From the IMG/VR virus record IMGVR_UViG_3300025853_000005, positions 1 through 48,785 of that record: DNA of 48,785 bases. One strand, given 5' to 3'. The notes under the pieces were generated by a model. That model did not search any database, had not been told where the DNA came from, and worked only from the letters and a program-made list of their open reading frames with translations. This document shows positions 17,502 through 26,488 of this stretch, one piece after another (the first letter of the stretch is position 1; each line of letters begins with the position of its first letter). This DNA is from a virus (Duplodnaviria > Caudoviricetes). A program made the position numbers and the translations under genes.

Positions 17502-18233
17502 ATGAGTAAAAGAAAAACGCACGAAGAGTTTGTTTCAGAAATAGGTAATAGGCCAATAAGGGTTTTGAACAAATATATAAACTCAAATACAAAGTTAGAA
17601 TTCCAGTGTGAGATTTGCGGTGCGAAATGGAAGGCCGTTCCGTTCAGCGTGTCACAAGGAAGCGGGTGCCCTCCATGCGGGAGAAAGAATGGATGGGGAA
17701 AGTTAGAAAAAACAAATGATATAATTGAGGATCATGGTGATTGGTTGCTAATTGATATTTCAACAGACAAGCATAAGAACTCTTCCATGGCAGTAGATAC
17801 CGATGTGTGGGATAATTACAATAGTGGCAGAGTATATGCCATAAAATATGCAAAAGATAAATACATATACGCAAAGTATTCTGAAAAAAGAAAGCCAAAA
17901 AGTTTTCACCATGTAGTTATAGATAAGGTTGATGGGGTTTTAATTGACCATATAATCCATGGAGACTCATCTTTTATTGACAACAGGCGTAGTAATTTAA
18001 GATACGCAACAAATTCTCAGAACACAATGAATCAGAGTTTAAAAAGAACAAATAATAGCGGAAAGACGGGTGTTCACTTTAATAAAAGAAGGGATAAATG
18101 GGTGTCAACAATATATATTAATGGTAAGCTAAATCACTTGGGATATTTCGACAACATAGATATAGCCATCGGTGTCCGTCAACAGGCTGAACGCGAGCAC
18201 TTCGGTGAGTACGCTTACGATTCCCATAACTAA
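17502..18233 (+). CDS. HNH-AP2 homing endonuclease with N-terminal Zn-ribbon
   Basis: CEICG...GCPPCG; IDH...DNRRSNLR; SGKTGVH...HLGYF. Confidence 0.9.
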   Translation: MSKRKTHEEFVSEIGNRPIRVLNKYINSNTKLEFQCEICGAKWKAVPFSVSQGSGCPPCGRKNGWGKLEKTNDIIEDHGDWLLIDISTDKHKNSSMAVDTDVWDNYNSGRVYAIKYAKDKYIYAKYSEKRKPKSFHHVVIDKVDGVLIDHIIHGDSSFIDNRRSNLRYATNSQNTMNQSLKRTNNSGKTGVHFNKRRDKWVSTIYINGKLNHLGYFDNIDIAIGVRQQAEREHFGEYAYDSHN

Positions 18234-18319
18234 TCGGATGTTTTTTGTACCGAACGGACATAATGTTACCAGAAGCACCGGATGTGGATGCAATTTGTAC
18301 CGAGCGGGATAAGAAGCCA

Positions 18320-18339
18320 GTCACTTATCGATAAGTGAC
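18320..18339. repeat. perfect 20-bp palindrome where the two arms converge
   Basis: GTCACTTATC|GATAAGTGAC. Confidence 0.9.
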
Positions 18340-18371
18340 GAGGTTTTGTAAATGGAGGTCACAGATTGTGA

Positions 18372-18875
18372 CTACCCATCAAGCAGACGCGGTGACGCGA
18401 GCATGAAGTTAGGGGATTGCATAAACGGAGGCCAGTGCAACAGCACCACGCCACTCATCATCAGGCAGTGCGATGCAAGCTCGCTACAGAACCACTTATC
18501 CTCGTTGTGCTTCCGTCTCCTCGTCACGAACCCACCAATCCCCCGCCAGTCATACTTCTTCCCAAGCAAACCGATTGCAGTTTTGAGAATCCCAAGCGAT
18601 TGCTCCGGGGTCTGCTCGAAATTGAAGACGGTGCAGTTGTCACCGCCCTCAAACGAGTGGTGAATCACGCCTTTGAACTGGATGCTTTCGATTTCATGGT
18701 CAGAAGTGAGGTGTATTGCGAACTTGTCGCGGATTAAATCCCGCACTTCCTTCTCAATATCCTTGAACCGGAGCGAAACGTGCGAGTATTTCCCGCGAGT
18801 CATCCGCTTGATAACCCCTGAACCTGCTCCCTTGCCGCTCCAACCCACCACCTGAACAATCATTTCACTCTCCAT
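18372..18875 (-). CDS. permuted papain-like (YiiX/YebB, NlpC/P60) amidase
   Basis: YSHVSL...GKKYDW...WFCSEL, with His before Cys (permuted order). Confidence 0.85.
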   Translation of the reverse strand: MESEMIVQVVGWSGKGAGSGVIKRMTRGKYSHVSLRFKDIEKEVRDLIRDKFAIHLTSDHEIESIQFKGVIHHSFEGGDNCTVFNFEQTPEQSLGILKTAIGLLGKKYDWRGIGGFVTRRRKHNEDKWFCSELASHCLMMSGVVLLHWPPFMQSPNFMLASPRLLDG

Positions 18876-18963
18876 TTCCCGCTAAACATCATGCGGTCTT
18901 CCAACTTAATCGCGTGTCTCAACCGCTTGTAGTTCATGCGGAATCTATGAATCAATCTGTGCA

Positions 18964-21345
18964 TTACGGCTTCCAACTAACACCGTTCGTTGTGTTTCCA
19001 ATCCAAATCTGATTAGTGAACCCGCCCTCCTCATAGAAACCAACTGAACCAACTATAGAGTTGTTTACAAATATTGAAAACTTCTCAAGAAGAGTGATGT
19101 CACCGGATGTAGACGAGTAGAAAGACCCCACCGCGTTACTTGAAATATTATCAACGAACATATTGCAGAGTGCAGTGGAATCGACAGCTATATTTTCATT
19201 AGTTGATGAACCGCTATTCTTATAAAAGATTGAATCATAGCAATTGCTGAAAACATTATCCTTCACAAAGCAAAATGCGCTTTGATTGATTGTCCTGAAC
19301 TCTGGTTCTCCCTTGGTAGTTATAATCTGTTGAAGGGATACCCCTCTGGATAACTCAATGAACGTATTACCAACAATATCAACCTGATAACCAGACCCGT
19401 ATATCTGCACACCAGCAGATGCCGAATAGTTTTCTGGTGGTAATGCCTCTGGTCTTCCATCAAATTTATTAGAATAGAACACCTGATTATTATTCACCGT
19501 TCCATAAGAGATTGAACTACTTGTATCAGGAGTTACGCGCCAAGAGTCTGTTAGCGTCATAACAATACCAGTACCATTAGAAATAACACTATCCACAAGG
19601 AGGTGCTGACCCAGACCAGTTCCGTTGACCACATATGCAACCATAGCCTTCGCCCTATTATCCCACGCATATGAGTCGGCGGCAAAGGTGATGCTATTTG
19701 AGGATGTTGCAATCGGGATGCCAGTATAGTAAGTCTGTGGGCCTTCATATAGATATTGCTCTCCAGAGTTCTGATCCACAATATCTGCCATTACGGCAGA
19801 TACAGTGTATGTTGGAGACATTTTCGCGGCCTCAGAATACGAATCTTTTTTGATATATACCGTACATGTGTTATTAATTGCATCCATTGTCTTCACATAA
19901 CATGGCAGTGCATCTTCTCCATCTGGGCCAATTCCATCTGGGCCTACAGGAACCCACACCTTAACACCAGACCATTCAACAGACCCATCTCCACGACCGT
20001 GGAACTCATTAGGTATATTATCGAATGTAAACGTACAAGGTTTGGCTGGATCAAGGTCTGGAACATCTACCTCCGCACCCAGCGCACTGTAGGAGGTAAT
20101 CACCCCATTCGTGAAGAAGGGGGTAGGCCGCCGTGCCAGCATGTTGATGGTTTCATTCTCTCCAATGTAAACACAATTATTTTCCCCGTCATCTACAATC
20201 CAACGCCCCTTTGCCCATCCATATCCCTCAACAGCATCAGAAACATCGTAGTTTGTTGCAGTCCACCCAGTCATATCGACACCTGTACTTCTCCTAATAG
20301 TTATCATCTGGTTGTTGTCCCATAGACCATAGAAGGTGTTATTAACAAATCTACTCTGATCGGTTGGATTAACAGCGATCCCGCCCTGTAAGTAGAAGGT
20401 GCAGTTGCTTATCAGAAAACGTTCACCATTTGATAGGCGAAGTCCGTGGGAAAAGTTTCTGGTAGAGTTGCGGTCATCAATGACCACATTCTCCATGATC
20501 AGACCCACTTCACCGCCAAACTGAAGAGGAGCATTATTTATTACCGCATCTGAAAGGAGGATGGTGAAGTCCCGAAGTTTAGTATTATCATCCGTATAGA
20601 TTAGAAAATCAGATGTCCGACCTGTATCGGTTGCTGTAATAATGGTGTTGGTTCCATCTCCCACATATTGTTTATTTCTATCTAGGTACAATACGCCTTT
20701 AATCGCATAGGTTCCTGCGGGGAAGTAGCAGATTCCGCCAGAGGGGGTCGCATTCATCGCCGCCTCAATCTCGGCCTGACAATCCGACGCTCCTGTGTTA
20801 TCGGCATTATACGGGTCATCTGTGACATTTACCCTGTTCGTAACCCACGCATAAGGGCTTTCGACTGTTAGCGATAGTGACTCGCTCCATCCATACTTCT
20901 TTCCGTGGCCGTTGTGGGCATAAATAGTCTTCGTCCCATTCGCCCAATTAGTGGGCACAACAAACTCGGCTTTGTAGGGGTTCGTGTTTGTCGTGCTAGT
21001 CAACCAATCGTTCTCTTCGACGCAGTACAGATGGCTATTGGTTCCATCGCCAAGTGCAAGGTTGCGACCATAGACATAGAACGTTTCGCCCGTTGATACC
21101 GTATCAAAACCGACCCACCACGCTTCAGCCTTATTGATGGCGATTGGTTCACCATAACCGTATTGGTTTTTAGGCCAAGCGAGGTACAACTCATTAGCGG
21201 GGAGCGTGGATGGTAGCGTTATAGCACCTTGTCTCCCATCTTGTAGCGTATAGTTAGTGGATACTGCAACACCCTCTCCGAAGAACGTGAAGTCGGTTGC
21301 GAGCGCGGTCGATGCAGTCATCAGAATAGCTAAAACTAATCTCAT
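18964..21345 (-). CDS. pectate-lyase-like beta-helix protein (putative depolymerase) with signal peptide
   Basis: VNVTDDPYNADNTGASD...AIEAA-like...YFPAGTY motif, N-rich parallel beta-helix repeats; N-terminus MRLVLAILMTASTALA. Confidence 0.8.
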   Translation of the reverse strand: MRLVLAILMTASTALATDFTFFGEGVAVSTNYTLQDGRQGAITLPSTLPANELYLAWPKNQYGYGEPIAINKAEAWWVGFDTVSTGETFYVYGRNLALGDGTNSHLYCVEENDWLTSTTNTNPYKAEFVVPTNWANGTKTIYAHNGHGKKYGWSESLSLTVESPYAWVTNRVNVTDDPYNADNTGASDCQAEIEAAMNATPSGGICYFPAGTYAIKGVLYLDRNKQYVGDGTNTIITATDTGRTSDFLIYTDDNTKLRDFTILLSDAVINNAPLQFGGEVGLIMENVVIDDRNSTRNFSHGLRLSNGERFLISNCTFYLQGGIAVNPTDQSRFVNNTFYGLWDNNQMITIRRSTGVDMTGWTATNYDVSDAVEGYGWAKGRWIVDDGENNCVYIGENETINMLARRPTPFFTNGVITSYSALGAEVDVPDLDPAKPCTFTFDNIPNEFHGRGDGSVEWSGVKVWVPVGPDGIGPDGEDALPCYVKTMDAINNTCTVYIKKDSYSEAAKMSPTYTVSAVMADIVDQNSGEQYLYEGPQTYYTGIPIATSSNSITFAADSYAWDNRAKAMVAYVVNGTGLGQHLLVDSVISNGTGIVMTLTDSWRVTPDTSSSISYGTVNNNQVFYSNKFDGRPEALPPENYSASAGVQIYGSGYQVDIVGNTFIELSRGVSLQQIITTKGEPEFRTINQSAFCFVKDNVFSNCYDSIFYKNSGSSTNENIAVDSTALCNMFVDNISSNAVGSFYSSTSGDITLLEKFSIFVNNSIVGSVGFYEEGGFTNQIWIGNTTNGVSWKP

Positions 21346-22037
21346 TATAAATCCTCTCCGGTCAGTGCGATGGTGTCGCCCGCGTCTGCTTGTCGTGTGA
21401 ACTCGGCAACTTCAGGCGTTGATCGGTTTGGCGCAACTGGCGCAACGGTTGGTGCAAAGTCAGCGAACACAGCAGGGAAGTTCGTGGTTGGCACTGCCGT
21501 TACAACCATATCGGGCGGAGCGCTCGTTGGTTCCTCTCCGCCGTCATAGACGAGCGTTGGCGCGTTATCAGAACCGGACACTTTGAACCAAGAACTCTTT
21601 GATGGGAAAGTGGTACGACGACCCGAATCGTAATAAACTATTGTAGCAAATTCCGTGTATGTTATTTGCCAATTATTAAAGATATCGAAAGTTATCCAAT
21701 AATAATTACCCTTCTTATACGTTGGTCTTCCGTTCACTGTTGAGTGGTAGGAGTAGGTTCCGTTTGCTGTCGCTTGTCCTGCGCCTTCAACGAGTATGGT
21801 TAGTGGCCCACCGTTCGCGGGATATGTCGGAGAAACAGGAACGTATTTGATATCAGACGAAGCAATCCCAGAACTTGCCACCTCAAGATTCACGCCCGCC
21901 GATGTCGTGGTGTTAGTGCTTGCGGGGAACGGATTATAAGCACCTGATATATCCACACCACCTTCTGAAATCTCCATCATTACGATAGAGGCGTGGGCTG
22001 AGAATGCGAGCATTGCGCAGGTTAGGATTCTGAACAT
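21345..22037 (-). CDS. signal-peptide-bearing tail-region protein
   Basis: MFRILTCAMLAFSAHA; GAG..ANGTY...NGRPTY domain; TAATG overlap with next gene. Confidence 0.75.
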   Translation of the reverse strand: MFRILTCAMLAFSAHASIVMMEISEGGVDISGAYNPFPASTNTTTSAGVNLEVASSGIASSDIKYVPVSPTYPANGGPLTILVEGAGQATANGTYSYHSTVNGRPTYKKGNYYWITFDIFNNWQITYTEFATIVYYDSGRRTTFPSKSSWFKVSGSDNAPTLVYDGGEEPTSAPPDMVVTAVPTTNFPAVFADFAPTVAPVAPNRSTPEVAEFTRQADAGDTIALTGEDL

Positions 22038-22043
22038 GGCAAC

Positions 22044-22244
22044 CTACGGTGCTACAAAGATGACGCTCGTTGAAGTGCATGAGATTGCCCAACCGTTCGT
22101 AAAGATTAGCGATGCGATTGATGATTCACCCTCGACCACCGCGATTGCGTTCTCAACCTGCGCTGTGGTGTAGCTTAGTTGCGCGGCATATGACACGACG
22201 GCTACAATGGCGACGATGATAATGCTTGGTAAGTACTTGCTCAT
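22044..22244 (-). CDS. small signal-peptide-bearing protein
   Basis: MSKYLPSIIIVAIVAVVSYA-AQLSYTTAQV; GGAG RBS. Confidence 0.7.
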   Translation of the reverse strand: MSKYLPSIIIVAIVAVVSYAAQLSYTTAQVENAIAVVEGESSIASLIFTNGWAISCTSTSVIFVAP

Positions 22245-22263
22245 AATATCTCCACCTTATTTC

Positions 22264-22458
22264 TTATTGCAATTTTATTTTCGCGGGACACTGTTCAATG
22301 TGCCTGTCAAAATCTTCCTTGGAAACGTAATCTTTAGCAATAAGCAGTAGGGCATCCTTAACAGCATTGCCAATTACCAATTTCATCGCCCAAGCATTAA
22401 AGGCAACAATTGCCATTACCGAAGTTACACCCACACCTATCGCTGACCAGTCCATCAC
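22264..22458 (-). CDS. small single-TM membrane protein (holin-like candidate)
   Basis: N-terminal hydrophobic helix, charged C-terminus. Confidence 0.5.
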   Translation of the reverse strand: MMDWSAIGVGVTSVMAIVAFNAWAMKLVIGNAVKDALLLIAKDYVSKEDFDRHIEQCPAKIKLQ

Positions 22459-22528
22459 ACTACCTCGTTCTTGTTTGGAGTCGCGCCTACCCCTAAGCGC
22501 GATTATAGTTAATTAATCTCTGCTATTA

Positions 22529-23128
22529 TTAATCGTAAAATACCTGCTGAACCATCACCTGTATATCATAGATGGTGATGTCTGACCCGCCTGGCCCGTC
22601 AACCGTTGTATCAATCCATATGCCACACCCGTTATTAACAAAGGTCTGCATTGAGAAAAGAGGTATCCCTATCGAGTATTGTATTTCGATACCGGATGCT
22701 TTGGGAGCGCCGAGGGTTCTGGCGGCAATCACCGGCCCCGCACCATCACCGATGTCGAACTCAATATCGAAGAATGTAGCTCCGACTGCCGCTTCAGCTT
22801 TGAACTGCACCCTGACATTATACGCATTGCCCAACGCAGACGAAACAATCTCGTTGGCATTTGTATCCCATAATGATGTCACACCATTTGGTAGGTAGGT
22901 GGTTACGGTTTGTGAACCCAACCCATTACATGAGATGTTTGTTCTCGTATTATTAATCACAATACCTGTTGCGGTATTTGTATGAACACTATCAAAGTAG
23001 ACCGCCCAACCGAGGTGGTCAGCGCGGGTCAGAAATTGGTCAACCTCTGCCGTCGTATATGACAACTGCGCCGCGAAACATGAACCTGCAACTATCAATC
23101 CAATCAATCCTGCTATAATCTTCTTCAT
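22529..23128 (-). CDS. signal-peptide-bearing beta-rich protein
   Basis: MKKIIAGLIGLIVAGSCFA-AQLSYTTAEV. Confidence 0.75.
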   Translation of the reverse strand: MKKIIAGLIGLIVAGSCFAAQLSYTTAEVDQFLTRADHLGWAVYFDSVHTNTATGIVINNTRTNISCNGLGSQTVTTYLPNGVTSLWDTNANEIVSSALGNAYNVRVQFKAEAAVGATFFDIEFDIGDGAGPVIAARTLGAPKASGIEIQYSIGIPLFSMQTFVNNGCGIWIDTTVDGPGGSDITIYDIQVMVQQVFYD

Positions 23129-23136
23129 AATATCTC

Positions 23137-25572
23137 CTATGCTGTGTAAATTACATTTCCGCCCACATCAAGAATCAAGTCGCCACCAACGTCACGGAGA
23201 GCCGCGCTTGTTCCGCCAAAGTACGATTCGTTCTTTGCGTTTTCGGCGGGTGTGAACTCTCTCGTCACATCGTATTGAACCGCCTCGCTAATATTATCGC
23301 CCGACTTCTTGACCCACAGATTTAGCGAGCCATTCGTGAGATAGTGCGCTTCGTATTGCGCCTTGGTTTTCTTATCCCAAGTAGCGGCATCGGATGTGTA
23401 GAAGCATATCCCGCCGAACACGGTTTCATCCGCATCCGTCTGAATCAGCGTAACCTCCGAGCCGTTGTGGACGTAGCCGCCTTTGTTGGCGATAAGTTGC
23501 CCATACTCAGCGTCAGTCCCATTACCTCTAGTTACCGCTACAGATGTCGCGGGATACGACTTTGAGATAAAATATGCAGATAAATCATTACCAAATGAAT
23601 CAAGACCATCAGCAGTATAATGCACGTTATCCACGTTCAAATCATAACCACTCGTATCAATAGCCAGCCCACCATTAGACGCTACAAAACTATCAATGGC
23701 AGAATTTACAGCAACGGTGTACGAACCCGCGCCTACCACAACATGCCCCATTGCGTAATCGACATCGCTTGGAATGATTCCATCAGCAATGAGATCGTCT
23801 GTAAATGTATTCAGATTTGCTAAGTAAGCGTCTGCATTAACCTGAACCTGAGAATCAGCCTCGCCCTGCATCCACCAGAACTGGCGAATGGTAGGAACAT
23901 AACCGGATAACTCAAGAGCCGCAAGTGTGTCAGCAACTTGTAATTGAAGATTCTCATACAATCCCTTCGCTGAACCCTTCTGCCAGTCATCATATAGATT
24001 TGAACCCCCATCAGAAACCTTGATGAAGCATATTCGACGACCCGTGGCGGTGATTTCGATACCCGCCTCAAGCTCCGCTCCATAGCTTGTGTTGCTATAT
24101 TTAACAAGTTGTATTAAATCTTCTGAAGCAACATTGTCTGAGATGTTGTACCCAAATAAATGAGCTTGAGCGGAGTCCCACTTGGCGGGAATTGTCTCCT
24201 GCGGATAGCCCTCACAGTTAGATTGACCCGCAAAAATAACTACGTCTATATCCACCTGAGACATACCTTTTATGGACGGAGAATACTTTACTGGCAATAC
24301 GCCTGTTCCTGCATTAGAATAAACATCACCGCTTATTTTATCAAGAAATCCGCCACTTATCGGGATAACATCCAAGGCCAATCCACTTGAATTCCAAATC
24401 TTTATGTACTCCCATTGCCCTTTGGCAAAGAAAGATGAGTTGCTTGAAAACAGTTGAATGATTGGGTTAGAGTTTCCTAGTAGACCTCCGCCAGCCGCCA
24501 GAGACTGTGTTACCCCATTTATAGATATGGTTTCAGCAGTAAAATCTACGATTGATGTTACAATCTCGTCATTAGGGACTGTCCCAGTTGATTTGGAATC
24601 GCCAGCCCCAGAAAAATTAGCATGTATTGTTCTATCGGTTGCGATAAATATAGCGGCTGATCCCGGGCCAACTGTATTGGCTATTGTGCTATTACCCGTG
24701 GTATCATTAACACCGCGCCACTCCACCTTTGTTATTCCCACAGATGATAAGGTTGTATTTATAAAATCATCAACACCGTCTGTAATTAAAAGCGGGGTGC
24801 ATCCGTTAAGATGAGTCCAACTAGGAAGCCCGTCAGAGGTTGCCCAGATTGCACTATTAGAAAGTACAGGTGTATTATTAGCAGAGACATCATTAGGCAA
24901 GTCGTAGCCCTCTGACATTGAATAACCCTGAATCATGCTAGGTATGTCATAAGTTCCAGAAGTATATATAGCGATAGACTCCTCTGAGCTTAATTCCTTA
25001 TCAAAGAACATTACTTGAGACATATATCCTGTTATTTCAACAGAGGCATAGGAGCCGATAAACGATACTGTTGCGCCTGTGTTCACAACCTCAACTGGTA
25101 GTGTCCCAATAGACACCCCATCAATATATAGAGTCGATGACGTTCCCGTCTGGGTTATTACAAGATTATACCATGTATCTACAGACATAGTTGGAACTGT
25201 AAATATGGCGGGGGAACCGTTTGCGTTTGGAAACCAATCAATCCTTGTTGAACTAACAACCCTTAGCAGGGTAATACCGTAGGCTATTAGATGACTTGAA
25301 ACCCCAAGACTATCCAATCGGAACCACATAGATGCCGAAAACTCAGATGTCGCACTTAGAGAGCCCAGAGCCGTTGACTCTGCGCCAGCATAACGCAAGC
25401 AGTTCACATCCCGCACTTCCGGTTGCGGATTCACCACGTCAACCTTGTCCAGAATCGTGATGCCGTCAGAGTCTACGCCCTTCAGCCATTGCAGGATGTC
25501 ATTTCGGGCGGCAGGTGCTTTCACGCCGCCACCAAGCAACATGAGCAGGTGAGTGTAATTCATAGAAGCCAT
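23137..25572 (-). CDS. tail fibre/receptor-binding protein with LamG domain and SGNH sialate-O-acetylesterase-like (SASA/CE6) domain
   Basis: FSASMWFR...WYNLVIT...LYIDG (LamG); FAGQSN, WMQGEAD, DNVH (SASA-type esterase motifs). Confidence 0.85.
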   Translation of the reverse strand: MASMNYTHLLMLLGGGVKAPAARNDILQWLKGVDSDGITILDKVDVVNPQPEVRDVNCLRYAGAESTALGSLSATSEFSASMWFRLDSLGVSSHLIAYGITLLRVVSSTRIDWFPNANGSPAIFTVPTMSVDTWYNLVITQTGTSSTLYIDGVSIGTLPVEVVNTGATVSFIGSYASVEITGYMSQVMFFDKELSSEESIAIYTSGTYDIPSMIQGYSMSEGYDLPNDVSANNTPVLSNSAIWATSDGLPSWTHLNGCTPLLITDGVDDFINTTLSSVGITKVEWRGVNDTTGNSTIANTVGPGSAAIFIATDRTIHANFSGAGDSKSTGTVPNDEIVTSIVDFTAETISINGVTQSLAAGGGLLGNSNPIIQLFSSNSSFFAKGQWEYIKIWNSSGLALDVIPISGGFLDKISGDVYSNAGTGVLPVKYSPSIKGMSQVDIDVVIFAGQSNCEGYPQETIPAKWDSAQAHLFGYNISDNVASEDLIQLVKYSNTSYGAELEAGIEITATGRRICFIKVSDGGSNLYDDWQKGSAKGLYENLQLQVADTLAALELSGYVPTIRQFWWMQGEADSQVQVNADAYLANLNTFTDDLIADGIIPSDVDYAMGHVVVGAGSYTVAVNSAIDSFVASNGGLAIDTSGYDLNVDNVHYTADGLDSFGNDLSAYFISKSYPATSVAVTRGNGTDAEYGQLIANKGGYVHNGSEVTLIQTDADETVFGGICFYTSDAATWDKKTKAQYEAHYLTNGSLNLWVKKSGDNISEAVQYDVTREFTPAENAKNESYFGGTSAALRDVGGDLILDVGGNVIYTA

Positions 25573-25584
25573 GTTGACCCCCTA

Positions 25585-25884
25585 TTAATATGCGCCGTAG
25601 GATGCAGTCGTGGTAGCCGCCGCGCACGTAACAATCAGCTTCTTAATCGGTTGCCCCAAGAATGTGAAGTCTTCTCCGGCAGGGATCGGAACCGCGTTCG
25701 CCTGAACCTGAGAATCCTCGTTCACAGAAGCGAATATAGTCACCGCGCCCGTGTTCCAAACCTTGACGTACATCGCGGATTTGAAACCATCAGTCTGCCC
25801 GACTGCGGGAACAATCAGTGTTACGTTATTTAGTGCAGTGGTGACGGTCAGTTCGCCGCCCTTTCCATTCGTTACATCGTTCAT
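25585..25884 (-). CDS. small beta-rich structural protein (99 aa)
   Basis: GGAG RBS before ATG 25884. Confidence 0.75.
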   Translation of the reverse strand: MNDVTNGKGGELTVTTALNNVTLIVPAVGQTDGFKSAMYVKVWNTGAVTIFASVNEDSQVQANAVPIPAGEDFTFLGQPIKKLIVTCAAATTTASYGAY

Positions 25885-25897
25885 AGATTTACTCCGT

Positions 25898-26407
25898 TTA
25901 TTTATTAAGGTAAGCGAACTCACCATATTCTAATTTAGCTTGCTCGTTATAAATATTATGAGCATCTTCTGCCGTGTCAAATCTACCAAGATAATTACGG
26001 CAGTGTCGTGCCACAAACTTGCCATCCCTAGTTAAGTGTACACCCTTGAATCCACTATTATTATTTATGCGCTTACCAGAGTTTGCTATGTTTTGCTTAT
26101 TTGTGGCTTCTCTTAAATTAGAGATAGTATTGTTTAGTCCATTCCCATCTATATGATCTATAATTATATCAGTAGGCAACACAACTCTATGGAAAAACAC
26201 AACCTTATCATTAATCTTACATTTTGCGTATAGCGTTTTCCTTCCCCCAGCGGCAAAAACTCTGCCGCCAAGTAAAGAACGATACCAATTCCATGTTGAC
26301 TTATTTACTAGCATTATTGCGTCGGGGTATTTAGGTGTCGATATGTCTATCTCAAGTACATTATCAAACTCAGAAATAACGTTGTTTATATGTTTTTTAT
26401 TCCCCAT
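25898..26407 (-). CDS. HNH-AP2 homing endonuclease
   Basis: IDHIDGNGLNNTISNLREAT; SGFKGVH...YLGRF; AT-rich; RBS before ATG 26407. Confidence 0.9.
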   Translation of the reverse strand: MGNKKHINNVISEFDNVLEIDISTPKYPDAIMLVNKSTWNWYRSLLGGRVFAAGGRKTLYAKCKINDKVVFFHRVVLPTDIIIDHIDGNGLNNTISNLREATNKQNIANSGKRINNNSGFKGVHLTRDGKFVARHCRNYLGRFDTAEDAHNIYNEQAKLEYGEFAYLNK

Positions 26408-26435
26408 TTTATAACTCCTTTCCTTCATCTAATCT

Positions 26436-26475
26436 TACAAATATGTAACCTACCCGCACTGTTATACATTGTCAA
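26436..26475 (-). promoter_or_regulatory. sigma70-type promoter with TACA-N4-TGTA palindrome
   Basis: TTGACA(26470-26475)-N17-TAGGTT; TACAAATATGTA at 26436-26447. Confidence 0.65.
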
Positions 26476-26488
26476 GCTATTTCTTGAA

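Noticed and set aside
18964-25572. Diversity-generating retroelement or invertible tail-fibre switch
   Set aside because: No reverse transcriptase, invertase, TR/VR pair or inverted crossover repeats were seen.
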